64,000 nt of DNA, taken from assembly GCA_963558405.1 (NCBI GenBank), contig CAUWGC010000001.1, positions 49,144 through 113,143 of the forward strand. Direction: 5' to 3'. This DNA comes from an uncultured Clostridia bacterium. GTDB lineage: Bacteria > Bacillota > Clostridia > TANB77 > CAG-508. Made by a program: the position numbers and the translations under genes. This document shows positions 1-8,993 of this stretch, one piece after another. The notes under the pieces were generated by a model, which made no database searches, was not told the origin of the DNA, and worked only from the letters and a program-made list of their open reading frames with translations. Numbering within the stretch: position 1 is the first letter of the stretch; every line of letters starts with the position of its first letter.

Positions 1-456
1 AATTATTATAGTGATAATGGTGAAAAAGATTCACAACTTATGTTACTTCCAGATATTATAAATCTTAGCCATAAAGAAATGGATATAGCAAAAGATAATA
101 TGGAAATGTTTGAAAAAGCAGGATTTATGCTAGAAGAGTTTGGTGAAAATACAATCAAGTTAACCGGAGTACCAAATGTATGTATTAATTTAGATACTAA
201 AGAACTATTTTTAGAAACTTTAGACGAAATTAACACAGTAGCAAGAACTGCAAAACAAGAAATTGAAGAAAGATTTATTGCAACAGTTGCATGCAAAGCA
301 GCGGTAAAAGCTAATATGGCACTTACAGAGGAAGAGGTTGACAGCTTAATGGTAGAGTTATTAAAACTTCCAAATCCATTTACTTGTCCACATGGAAGAC
401 CAACTGCTATAAAAATGTCAAAATATGATATCGAAAGAAAATTTTCAAGAAAGTAG
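1..456 (+). CDS. mutL: DNA mismatch repair protein MutL, C-terminal part (5' end outside window)
   Basis: Frame 1 is open from nt 1. The product ends ...FTCPHGRPTAIKMSKYDIERKFSRK, containing the conserved MutL C-terminal CPHGRP motif. miaA follows immediately. Confidence 0.85.
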   Translation, partial: NYYSDNGEKDSQLMLLPDIINLSHKEMDIAKDNMEMFEKAGFMLEEFGENTIKLTGVPNVCINLDTKELFLETLDEINTVARTAKQEIEERFIATVACKAAVKANMALTEEEVDSLMVELLKLPNPFTCPHGRPTAIKMSKYDIERKFSRK

Positions 457-466
457 GGGAAAATAA

Positions 467-910
467 ATGATTTTTTTCATTTTATTTATAATTGTTATTC
501 ATATAATATTAATTTTAGCTACTTATTATAACTTAAGTTCAATAGCTAAAAAAGAAAAAATAATGTTTATACTAATTGGAATAGGGATTATGTACTTTTT
601 ATCTACAATTTTGTTTGCAATTACAGATATAGGAATAGACTATGGAAATGAACAAGCAAAAGAGATGGTAAGTAATTTATTAACCTTTACTTTTGTACCA
701 ATTAATGGAATAATAGTATTGCCATATTTAGCATCAAATTACAACAAGTATAAAGCAAAAATAATAGATGCAGATAAATTTAAAAAAAGAATTATTACAC
801 TAGCTGTTATTTTTGTTATTTTCTTTATATTTGAATTTGTATATATGAAGGGAATTAAATTAAATATGTTAGAAATGGCAGAACAATTAAATAAAAATAT
901 GGGAAGTTGA
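467..910 (+). CDS. hypothetical integral membrane protein
   Basis: 147-aa ORF with several hydrophobic segments, packed tightly between mutL and miaA. No family recognised. Confidence 0.5.
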   Translation: MIFFILFIIVIHIILILATYYNLSSIAKKEKIMFILIGIGIMYFLSTILFAITDIGIDYGNEQAKEMVSNLLTFTFVPINGIIVLPYLASNYNKYKAKIIDADKFKKRIITLAVIFVIFFIFEFVYMKGIKLNMLEMAEQLNKNMGS

Positions 911-914
911 TAAA

Positions 915-1829
915 ATGCAAAAAGTAATAGTAATAGGAGGACCAACAGCCTCAGGAAAAACAGGACTTGGTATAGAACTTGCAAAAAGAATAAAAGGAGA
1001 AATTATTTCTGCAGATTCTATGCAAATATATAAAAAAATGGATATAGGAACAGCAAAGCCTACTATAGAGGAAATGCAAGGGATTAAACATCATTTAATA
1101 GATTTTGTTGAGCCAAATCAAAGGTATAGTGTAGCAGATTTTAAAAAAGATGCAATAAAAAAAATTGAAGAAATTTTACAAAATGGAAATGTACCTATTG
1201 TAGTAGGTGGAACTGGATTATATATTAATTCTCTTATATATGGTATTGATTATCCAGAAATAGAATTAGATGAAGAATACAGAGCTTTTTTAGAAAATTG
1301 TGTAAAAGAACAAGGATTAGATAATTTATATAAAAAAGCAGTAGAAATAGATCCAGAAGCAATGAAAAGTATTAGTCCAAATGATAAAAAAAGAATATTA
1401 AGAGTGTTAGAAATTTATCATCAAACAGGAAAAACAAAAACAATGCAAGAAATTGAATCAAGAGCAGGAGGAATTCCATACGATTATCATGTTTTTTGTA
1501 TTGATATGGATAGAGAAAAATTATATGACAGAATAAACCAAAGAGTAGATGAAATGATAAAAAATGGATTAATAGATGAAGTTGAAAGTCTATTAAAAGA
1601 ATACAAAGAATTCCCAACAGCTATGCAAGGTCTAGGATATAAAGAAGTTGTATGGTATTTACAAAATAAAATTACAAAAGAAGAAATGATTGAAAAAATA
1701 AAAATGGAAACAAGAAGATATGCAAAAAGACAGCTTACATGGTTTAGAAAAAATAAGCAAACTATATGGCTAGATGGTCTAAAGTCAAAACAAGAAAATA
1801 TCTCTATTATTTTGGAGGAAATAAAGTGA
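915..1829 (+). CDS. miaA: tRNA dimethylallyltransferase
   Basis: N-terminal P-loop GPTASGKT. Full-length similarity to MiaA (SADSMQIYKKMDIGTAKP, YAKRQLTWFR). Confidence 0.9.
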   Translation: MQKVIVIGGPTASGKTGLGIELAKRIKGEIISADSMQIYKKMDIGTAKPTIEEMQGIKHHLIDFVEPNQRYSVADFKKDAIKKIEEILQNGNVPIVVGGTGLYINSLIYGIDYPEIELDEEYRAFLENCVKEQGLDNLYKKAVEIDPEAMKSISPNDKKRILRVLEIYHQTGKTKTMQEIESRAGGIPYDYHVFCIDMDREKLYDRINQRVDEMIKNGLIDEVESLLKEYKEFPTAMQGLGYKEVVWYLQNKITKEEMIEKIKMETRRYAKRQLTWFRKNKQTIWLDGLKSKQENISIILEEIK

Positions 1830-3142
1830 AAAAAAAGCAGGATAAAAATTTAGCTAATGAAATTCAAGAAAAAGAACAAATTAATCAAAAATTAAATAAT
1901 AAAAGAAAAATAAATCCAAAAAAAATAATAGTTTTTGGTTTATTTATAGTGCTTGTTTTAGCTATTCTTATTGTTATTGGAATTGCAATTATAAAATTAA
2001 TAAAAAATCCTACAGATACTTTTGTAGTAGAAAATGGAACAATTTCGTTAGAAGAAAATGTTACTGGATATATTTTAAGAGATGAAACTGTTGTAAAAGG
2101 GCAAAACTACAAAAATGGAATGGAAAAACTAAAAGCAGAGGGAGAAAAAGTTGCAAAAGGTGAATCTATTTTTAGATATTATACATCTGGTGAAGAAGAT
2201 TTAAAAAAGAAAATAGCAGAGCTTGATGTTAAACTTCAAGAAGCTTTAGCTAATCAAAATGATTTATTACCAAATGATACAAAATCTATAGAAAAACAGA
2301 TAGATTCTAAACTAGATGAATTATATCAAGTAAATGATATTCAAAAAATAAAAGAATATAAAAAGGATATAAATACATATATTACAAAAAAAGCAAAGAT
2401 GGTAGGAGAATTAAGTCCATCAGGCTCATATATTAGAAGTTTAATAGATAAGAGAAATCAATATGCTACACAACTAAATTCAGGTTCGGAATATATTAGT
2501 GCTCCACAAAGCGGAGTTGTTTCTTACCGTGTTGACGGATTAGAAGAAATATTATCTGTAAAAGATCAAGATTTTAGTTATTTAAGTGCTGAGACATTAG
2601 AAAATTTAGATTTAAAAACAGGACAAATAATATCAACAAGCGAAGAAGCGGGAAAGGTTATTAATAATTTTAGATGCTATATTGCTACAATTTTATGTTC
2701 AGATGCTGCAAAAGAAGCAAAAGTAGGAGATAATGTTACAATAAGATTAGCTTCTTCAAAAGAGGTAGAAGCGTCTATAGAATATATAACAGAAGAAGAT
2801 GATTGTAGATTAATTGTATTTTCAATAGAAAGTCAAGTAGAAGAATTAATTAATTATCGAAAAATATCGTTTGATGTAATATGGTGGAGATATACAGGAC
2901 TAAAAGTGCCAAATTCTGCTATTATTTATGAAAATGATTTAGCATATGTAGTTAGAAATAGAGTAGGATATTTAGACAAATTATTGGTAAAAGTAAAAAA
3001 ACAAAATGATAAATATTCTCTTGTTACAAACTATGAACCAAAGGAATTAAAAGAGTTAGGAGTAAACTATAGTAGTACCAAAAAGATTTCTTTGTATGAT
3101 GAAATTTTAATAAAACCAGATTTAAATAAAACATTTCAATAA
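1826..3142 (+). CDS. membrane-anchored coiled-coil protein, possibly HlyD/membrane-fusion-like
   Basis: GTG at 1826 lies 6 nt after GGAGGA and overlaps the miaA stop; the tracked ATG at 1766 sits inside miaA. N-terminal TM segment, coiled-coil stretch, beta-rich C-terminus. The family call is from memory only. Confidence 0.55.
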   Translation: MKKKQDKNLANEIQEKEQINQKLNNKRKINPKKIIVFGLFIVLVLAILIVIGIAIIKLIKNPTDTFVVENGTISLEENVTGYILRDETVVKGQNYKNGMEKLKAEGEKVAKGESIFRYYTSGEEDLKKKIAELDVKLQEALANQNDLLPNDTKSIEKQIDSKLDELYQVNDIQKIKEYKKDINTYITKKAKMVGELSPSGSYIRSLIDKRNQYATQLNSGSEYISAPQSGVVSYRVDGLEEILSVKDQDFSYLSAETLENLDLKTGQIISTSEEAGKVINNFRCYIATILCSDAAKEAKVGDNVTIRLASSKEVEASIEYITEEDDCRLIVFSIESQVEELINYRKISFDVIWWRYTGLKVPNSAIIYENDLAYVVRNRVGYLDKLLVKVKKQNDKYSLVTNYEPKELKELGVNYSSTKKISLYDEILIKPDLNKTFQ

Positions 3143-3272
3143 ATGTTACAAAAATATTACAAAGCTTTTAAGTTTTTATTACAATAGGCAAAACTATTGA
3201 CAAAATTATAAAAAAGTTAGATACTATACAAAGAAAATACCAAGGAGAAGAAAATTAGGAGGTTTTTTAAAG

Positions 3273-3746
3273 ATGTCAGGAGCAATTATGAATAAAGTTT
3301 GGGATTTATTTGGAATGGACACAGCAGAAGAAAGAGAAGAAGAAAACGAGTTAGATTATGATATAGATACAGAAGATGAAGAAGCTGGAGAAGAAAGAAA
3401 ATTCTTTGGAAGAAAAAATAAAGTGGTAGCAATGCCACAAACACAACAAATTAAAATGGTAATATCACAACCAACTACTTTTGAACAATCAGAAAGTATT
3501 TGTGACTTATTAAAAGAAAAAAAGGCAGTTATTGTAAATTTAGAATATGTAAATAAAGACATTGCAAGAAGAATTGTAGATGTTGTAAGTGGTGCTGTTC
3601 ATGCACTTGATGGACATATCCAAAAAGTATCAAATTCTATATTTTTAATTGCACCTTCTACATATGATATTACAAACGAAATGGCAAGAGAAGAAATAAA
3701 AAATAAGCTTTCTGTATCTTGGTTAAGAAACAACAATAACCAATAG
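3273..3746 (+). CDS. sepF: cell division protein SepF
   Basis: AGGAGG RBS. C-terminal DUF552 core (VISQPTTFEQSESICDLLKEKKAVIVNLEYV...IFLIAP). Located next to divIVA. Confidence 0.85.
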   Translation: MSGAIMNKVWDLFGMDTAEEREEENELDYDIDTEDEEAGEERKFFGRKNKVVAMPQTQQIKMVISQPTTFEQSESICDLLKEKKAVIVNLEYVNKDIARRIVDVVSGAVHALDGHIQKVSNSIFLIAPSTYDITNEMAREEIKNKLSVSWLRNNNNQ

Positions 3747-3768
3747 AAAGACTTAAGGGGGAAATTTA

Positions 3769-4221
3769 ATGCTTACACCATTAGACATAGAAAATAAAAA
3801 ATTTTCAAAACAAATGATGAATGGATACAACGTAGACGAAGTAGATGATTTCTTAGATGAATTAACTGTAGACTATGAAAAAATGTACAAAGAATCTACA
3901 GAACAAAAAACTAAAATTGATGCTCTAGAAAAAGACTTATTACATTATAAAACAATAGAAGATACTCTTCAAAATACATTATTAATGGCACAATCTACTG
4001 CTGAAGAAGTAAAAGAAGTTGCAAGACAACAAGCAGAACAAATTATAAAAGAAGCAGAAGGAAACGCCAGAAAATCAGTTGACGACTTAGGACAAGAAAT
4101 ATTAATGAAGAAAAAAGAATTAGAAGATATTCAAAAACAATTTGATATATACAAAGCAAAAATGGAATCTCTTTTAATATCTCAATTAGAATTATTAAAA
4201 GATATAAACAAAGAAAACTAG
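3769..4221 (+). CDS. divIVA: DivIVA domain cell-division/septum-site protein
   Basis: MLTPLDIENKKFSKQMMNGYNVDEVDDFLDEL is the canonical DivIVA N-terminus. Coiled-coil remainder. Confidence 0.85.
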   Translation: MLTPLDIENKKFSKQMMNGYNVDEVDDFLDELTVDYEKMYKESTEQKTKIDALEKDLLHYKTIEDTLQNTLLMAQSTAEEVKEVARQQAEQIIKEAEGNARKSVDDLGQEILMKKKELEDIQKQFDIYKAKMESLLISQLELLKDINKEN

Positions 4222-4286
4222 TTAAATTAAATAGCACTTTTATGTGCTATTTTTGTAATATATGGAAATGTGAAATGTCGTTCTTA

Positions 4287-4369
4287 TTAATTTATAAAAC
4301 GGTAGATAAAAATAAGACTTGGAAAAATGTGAAAAAAATTGAAAAAACACATGGAATTTTGTGATAAAA
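4287..4369 (+). repeat. copy A of an ~82-bp direct repeat (partner at 4988-5069)
   Basis: ttaatttataaaac..cttggaaaaatgtgaaaaaa..aaaacacatggaattttgtgataaaa aligns with copy B at roughly 85-90% identity by eye. Contains the inverted repeat ATGTG-N16-CACAT (4327-4352). Confidence 0.8.
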
Positions 4370-4450
4370 CCATTAAATAGTATCGAAATTTTGTGATTTT
4401 AGTTATATAAAATTAAGATTTAATGTATATAAAAAATAAAAGGGGAAAGA

Positions 4451-4933
4451 TTGAAAATGAAAAAAATTATAATTATTGTTATAATGCTTGTCTTAATTGG
4501 ATGCTTTTTTGCATTTATGGATTATTTAAGGATTATCAAAGATAAAGAACCTATTTTTAGTATAAACGTTTATACAATAGGAGAAGCTGGGCAAAATGGA
4601 GACCACATGGGAAGTGATGTTTACTTAGGACTGGGGTATAAAATATATTCATATTCTAATTATCACCTAACAGGAATTCATTATAAAATGGTACCTATTT
4701 TTGCAACTTACAAAAATCCAAATACAACATTTCCTTTAATAGGGACTATTATAGGAGAAAAGGATGAATACTATGTTATAAAAATGTCAGACCATGTATA
4801 TAAACTAAAAAAAATAGAAGGAAATAGATTTTCAATAGGAAAAAAAATAGTAGCAGTTTGTTTGGGAAACTCTTATAATGATTTAGATGATAAAGAGGTT
4901 ATTGTTCCTTTAAGTATAGAGTATATGGATTAA
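4451..4933 (+). CDS. hypothetical membrane-anchored/secreted protein
   Basis: 160-aa ORF with GGGGA RBS. N-terminal hydrophobic anchor MKKIIIIVIMLVLIGCFFAF. Bracketed by the 82-bp direct repeats. Confidence 0.5.
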   Translation: MKMKKIIIIVIMLVLIGCFFAFMDYLRIIKDKEPIFSINVYTIGEAGQNGDHMGSDVYLGLGYKIYSYSNYHLTGIHYKMVPIFATYKNPNTTFPLIGTIIGEKDEYYVIKMSDHVYKLKKIEGNRFSIGKKIVAVCLGNSYNDLDDKEVIVPLSIEYMD

Positions 4934-4987
4934 ACTTAAACTGTGGTTTCTTTTATATACTATTGTGATATATAAAATGTTTTTTTG

Positions 4988-5069
4988 TTAATTTATAAAA
5001 CAATAGAACAAATAAAACTTGGAAAAATGTGAAAAAAGTCGAGAAAACACATGGAATTTTGTGATAAAA
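4988..5069 (+). repeat. copy B of the ~82-bp direct repeat
   Basis: Aligns with 4287-4369. ATGTG-N16-CACAT is retained (5027-5052). The ggaattttgtgataaaa submotif recurs at 5086-5102, and in variant form at 4384-4400. Confidence 0.8.
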
Positions 5070-5122
5070 GTATATTGCTAACACTGGAATTTTGTGATAA
5101 AATGTGTTTAGAGGTGATATAA

Positions 5123-6457
5123 ATGAGCCGTTTAAAGAGAAAAATAGATAAGTATTTAATAGAATGGAAAAATAATCCAGAAAGAAAACCTTTAATAGTA
5201 AAAGGTGCAAGGCAAATAGGAAAAACGGATGCAATAAAAAATTTTGCAGAAAAAAATTATGAAAATGTAGTTGAAATCAATTTTGCACTTGAAGTTAAAT
5301 ACAAGTCTATTTTTGATAATGGATTTGAAGTTGATACAATAATAAAAAACATTTCATTATTAAATCCTGAATTTAAGTTTATTCCTAAAAAAACATTAAT
5401 TTTTTTTGATGAATTACAGGACTGTATCAATTGTGCTACATCATTAAAATCTTTTAATATAGATAAAAGATATGATGTAATATGTTCAGGCTCAATGATG
5501 GGCATAAATTATAACGAAATTGAATCAAATAGTGTAGGTAATAAAGAAGATTATGAAATGCATTCAATGGACTTTGAAGAATTTTTATGGGCTAAAGGCT
5601 ACAATGATGAACAAATTGAAGATTTATATAAATGTATGAAAGAACTAAAACCATTAAGCAGTATACAATATGATATTATGATGGATAATTTTAAAGAATA
5701 CATGGTATTAGGAGGAATGCCAGAAATTGTAGCTAATTTTATAAAAAACAAGAATTATAGTGGTATATTAAAACTACAAAAACAAATTTTATTAGATTAT
5801 GAAGAAGATATTGTAAAATATGCAGAAGGATTAGACAAAGCTAAAATTTTAAATGTATATAGAAAGATACCTGTATTTTTAGGAAATGAAAATAAAAAAT
5901 TTCAAATTTCAAAAATTGAATCTGGAGCAAGAAATAGAGAATACATTGGGGTTGTGGATTGGTTAAACAATGCTGGAATAATTAATGTATGTTATTGTAT
6001 GGAACAACCAGAACTACCATTGAAAGGTAATTACAACCCAGATAATTATAGAATTTATTTTAGAGATACCGGACTGTTAATTGGCTCTTTAGATGATGAA
6101 GCACAAGAGGATTTAAGAGCAAATAAAAACTTTAATACATATAAAGGTGCTATTTATGAAAATATAATTGGAGATATGTTGGTAAAAGAAGGATATCAGT
6201 TATATTTTTATAAAAATGAAAAAGGAACAATAGAAATGGACTTTTTTGTAAGAGATAAAGATTCTCTTATACCAGTTGAAGTAAAAGCAAACGACAATGC
6301 TACTGTTTCGTTAAATAATTTAATTGATGGAGAAAACTATAGAGATATAAAATACGGAATAAAGCTATGTAACAAAAATATTGGATTTAATGGAAAATTT
6401 TATACCTTCCCATATTTTTTAACTTTTTTATTAAAAAGATATTTGAAAGAAAAATAA
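5123..6457 (+). CDS. AAA family ATPase (AAA_14 + DUF4143 architecture)
   Basis: Walker A KGARQIGKT near the N-terminus. About 440 aa with the overall pattern typical of DUF4143 ATPases. Confidence 0.75.
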   Translation: MSRLKRKIDKYLIEWKNNPERKPLIVKGARQIGKTDAIKNFAEKNYENVVEINFALEVKYKSIFDNGFEVDTIIKNISLLNPEFKFIPKKTLIFFDELQDCINCATSLKSFNIDKRYDVICSGSMMGINYNEIESNSVGNKEDYEMHSMDFEEFLWAKGYNDEQIEDLYKCMKELKPLSSIQYDIMMDNFKEYMVLGGMPEIVANFIKNKNYSGILKLQKQILLDYEEDIVKYAEGLDKAKILNVYRKIPVFLGNENKKFQISKIESGARNREYIGVVDWLNNAGIINVCYCMEQPELPLKGNYNPDNYRIYFRDTGLLIGSLDDEAQEDLRANKNFNTYKGAIYENIIGDMLVKEGYQLYFYKNEKGTIEMDFFVRDKDSLIPVEVKANDNATVSLNNLIDGENYRDIKYGIKLCNKNIGFNGKFYTFPYFLTFLLKRYLKEK

Positions 6458-6474
6458 AAATAGTATTGACAAAA

Positions 6475-6503
6475 GAGGAAAGTAAATATAGAATAAGGTA
6501 GAA
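6475..6503 (+). promoter_or_regulatory. sigma-A type promoter candidate
   Basis: TTGACA-17 nt-TAGAAT, about 200 nt upstream of the pilin-like gene at 6703. Confidence 0.45.
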
Positions 6504-6702
6504 ATAACTTCTATAAAAGAAGAAAGAACATTGAAAACAGAATAACCCTAAAGAATTGTGAGAAATCTTCTTGAATAGAAGTGATTTCAAAGGAAAATAT
6601 AAATTAAAAAGAAAAAATAAAAGCAAAAACAAATAAAAGTAAACTTAAAGAATAAAAGCAAAATAAATGTAAATAATAAAAATACAAAGGAGGAGAAAGA
6701 AA

Positions 6703-8008
6703 GTGAAGAAGATGAATATTAAAAAGGGTAATTCTGGTATAACACTAATAGCTCTAGTAATAACAGTAATAGTGTTAATAATATTAGCAGGTGTAACAAT
6801 AAGCTTGGTAGTAGGTGATAATGGTATTATCACTAAAGCAAAAGAAGCAAAGCAAAATATGACAAATGCATCAGCAGATGAAAAAGAACTATTGCAAAAT
6901 ATGTTAAATGAAATGAATGAAATAGAGAGTGGTATTGGAGGAGGAGAAGTAACCCCACCAACCCCACCAAAAGACCCTATAAAAGACCCAGAAAATTGGA
7001 ATAAGGATAAAGTGCCAGAAGTAGTAACAGAAGGAAATAGACATGCACCAATTCCAAAAGGATACGTAGTATCAAAAGTAGATGGAGAAAAGACAATAAG
7101 TGGAGGATTAGTAATATATGAAAGAACAGAAGAAGTAACAAACGAAAATGTGGTAGAAGCCCAAAAAACAAGAAATCAATATGTGTGGATTCCAGTAGAT
7201 GAAATAAATGATATGATAATGTGTAAAAGTAAGACAGCTGATAGCCAGTGCAAAATAATAAAGGTAGAAGATGTTGGTTCACCAAATGGATTCAAATTAA
7301 AGTGTTCAACCCATAAATCAGAAGACCTAGCAGGAAAGATATACGATTCAGAAAGGAAAGATACAGGTGGAGGAGTATATTCTGCTATAATGGACTTTTC
7401 GCAAACTAATCAAAGTTACAGTGCAAATAGAAAAGAGCCTGCCGTAGTAGGTGGTGACGAAGGACAACAAGTAACATTAAATCAAATGAATAAAGATTTT
7501 GTAGAAATGGTAAAAAGCGTATATGTTTATGGTGGTTTCTATTTAGGTAGATACGAGATAGGTGTAGGAGGAACTACTAAGAAAGAACAAACTGTATTAC
7601 GTAATGATTCAGAAGCAAATAATTGGTACGGATTATATAAGACAATAAGACACAAAGCAACAGGAGATGAGGTCGTAAATAAAGATATGATATGGCGGAA
7701 GCCAATATGACCAAGTTATCAAGTTTTTAGGAGATGAAGCACAGATTGCTCATAAAGATAGACCGCCTACATCACCACAGCAATCAGGAAAAACAACAGA
7801 TGTAATGAAAAATATATATGACCTAGAAGGTAATTTTTATGAATGGACACAAGAAGCGAGCGACACTTACGATCGTACTTATCGTGGAGGCTATTACAAC
7901 GATGCAAGCCGTAACAGTTGGGGCCCTGCGTCCTATTGGATTAGCAACCTTCCGACCAGTACCATTGGCAACGCATCCAGTCGTTCAGCACTTTATGTAA
8001 CGCTGTAA
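6703..8008 (+). pseudogene. pilin-like-leader protein with C-terminal FGE-sulfatase/C-type-lectin-like domain, split by a +1 frame break at CGG 7696-7698
   Basis: N-terminus KKGNSGITLIALVITVIVLIILAGV resembles a prepilin leader but lacks Glu5. FGE-like motifs: GGFYLGRYEI, NIYDLEGNFYEWTQE, YRGGYY. Frame 1 stops at 7710. Frame 2 continues as W-G-S-Q-Y-D-Q-V-I-K-F-L... to 8008. Confidence 0.7.
7696..7698 (+). other. frame-break site A: TGG CGG AAG; skipping C gives GGA AGC
   Basis: The 0-frame stop comes 3 codons after CGG. The +1 frame is open and continues the domain. Confidence 0.9.
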
Positions 8009-8184
8009 AAGCTGGTAGCGATAAATTAAAACGAACTCATGTTTGAGCCAATAAAATAATTGAATAAGTCGCAGTACATTAGCGAACAAAGTACGCTAAT
8101 GTGGAAAATTTAACATTGGAGCACTTTTGAGCATACGTAAGTATGAGCAAAAGGTACAAGAGGAAATTTTTAGAGTTAAAATAT

Positions 8185-8230
8185 AACAGTGTAATTTTAA
8201 AGTAAATTTGAATTACACTGTTTTTTATTT
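8185..8230 (+). terminator. rho-independent terminator
   Basis: 12-bp perfect stem aacagtgtaatt / aattacactgtt followed by a T-run. Confidence 0.8.
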
Positions 8231-8274
8231 TATAAAAAACTGCCGAATATTAACCAACAAAATACAAAAAATAG

Positions 8275-8303
8275 TTGAAAAAACAAATTAAATACGATAT
8301 AAT
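8275..8303 (+). promoter_or_regulatory. sigma-A type promoter candidate upstream of rsmD
   Basis: TTGAAA-17 nt-TATAAT. Confidence 0.5.
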
Positions 8304-8424
8304 GTGTTATGTCATAAAAGTGAAATTATGTTACATACGTGTTAAATGTTTATTACAATTAGGTAAATAGTCTTGACATATGCAAAAAAAATAATAAAAT
8401 ATAGGTATCTAAAAGAGGTGAAGT

Positions 8425-8988
8425 ATGCGAGTAATTAGTGGATTGGCAAGAGGGACACATTTAATTAGCGTTGATGAGGATTTTGTAAGACCCACCTTGG
8501 ATAGAGTAAAGGAATCATTATTTAATATGATACAAACTAGAATTATGGATGCAAATGTTTTAGATTTATTTGCTGGAAGTGGAGCACTTGGGATTGAATG
8601 TATCAGTAGAGGTGCTAAAAAGGCTTTCTTTTGTGATAAGTCTCCCAAATGTATTAACGTAATAAAGCAAAATTTAAAAAAGACCAGATTCGAAGAAAAA
8701 ACATGTATCCTAAATAAGGATTTCAAAAAATGTTTAGAAATATTAGCAAAAGACAAAGAGGTATTTGACATTATATTTGTAGATCCTCCATATAAATTAA
8801 ATTTAGCAAAACAAGCAATTGAAAAAATATTAGAATTAAATTTAATTTCAAATGATGGAATCATTATCTTAGAAACAGATGAAGAAGAACGTGATTTAGA
8901 AAACGTAAAACATTTAAATGTGGATATAATAGATAAAAGAAAATATGGAAGAGTTAGCTTAATATTTTTAAATTCGAAAGGGGCTTAA
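8425..8988 (+). CDS. rsmD: 16S rRNA (guanine966-N2)-methyltransferase
   Basis: RVISGLARG..., LDLFAGSGALGIECISRGA SAM motif and DPPY motif. Confidence 0.85.
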   Translation: MRVISGLARGTHLISVDEDFVRPTLDRVKESLFNMIQTRIMDANVLDLFAGSGALGIECISRGAKKAFFCDKSPKCINVIKQNLKKTRFEEKTCILNKDFKKCLEILAKDKEVFDIIFVDPPYKLNLAKQAIEKILELNLISNDGIIILETDEEERDLENVKHLNVDIIDKRKYGRVSLIFLNSKGA

Positions 8989-8993
8989 ACCAA

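Noticed and set aside
1766-1825. Tracked ATG start at 1766 for the 458-aa ORF, overlapping miaA by 64 nt
   Set aside because: The GTG at 1826, 6 nt after GGAGGA and overlapping only the miaA stop codon, is a far more typical coupled start. The upstream extension has no independent support.
4287-5069. The 82-bp direct repeats as ends of an insertion sequence or MITE
   Set aside because: No transposase and no terminal inverted repeats at the outer ends. The repeats are direct and contain promoter/operator-like features. A mobile-element call is not supportable.
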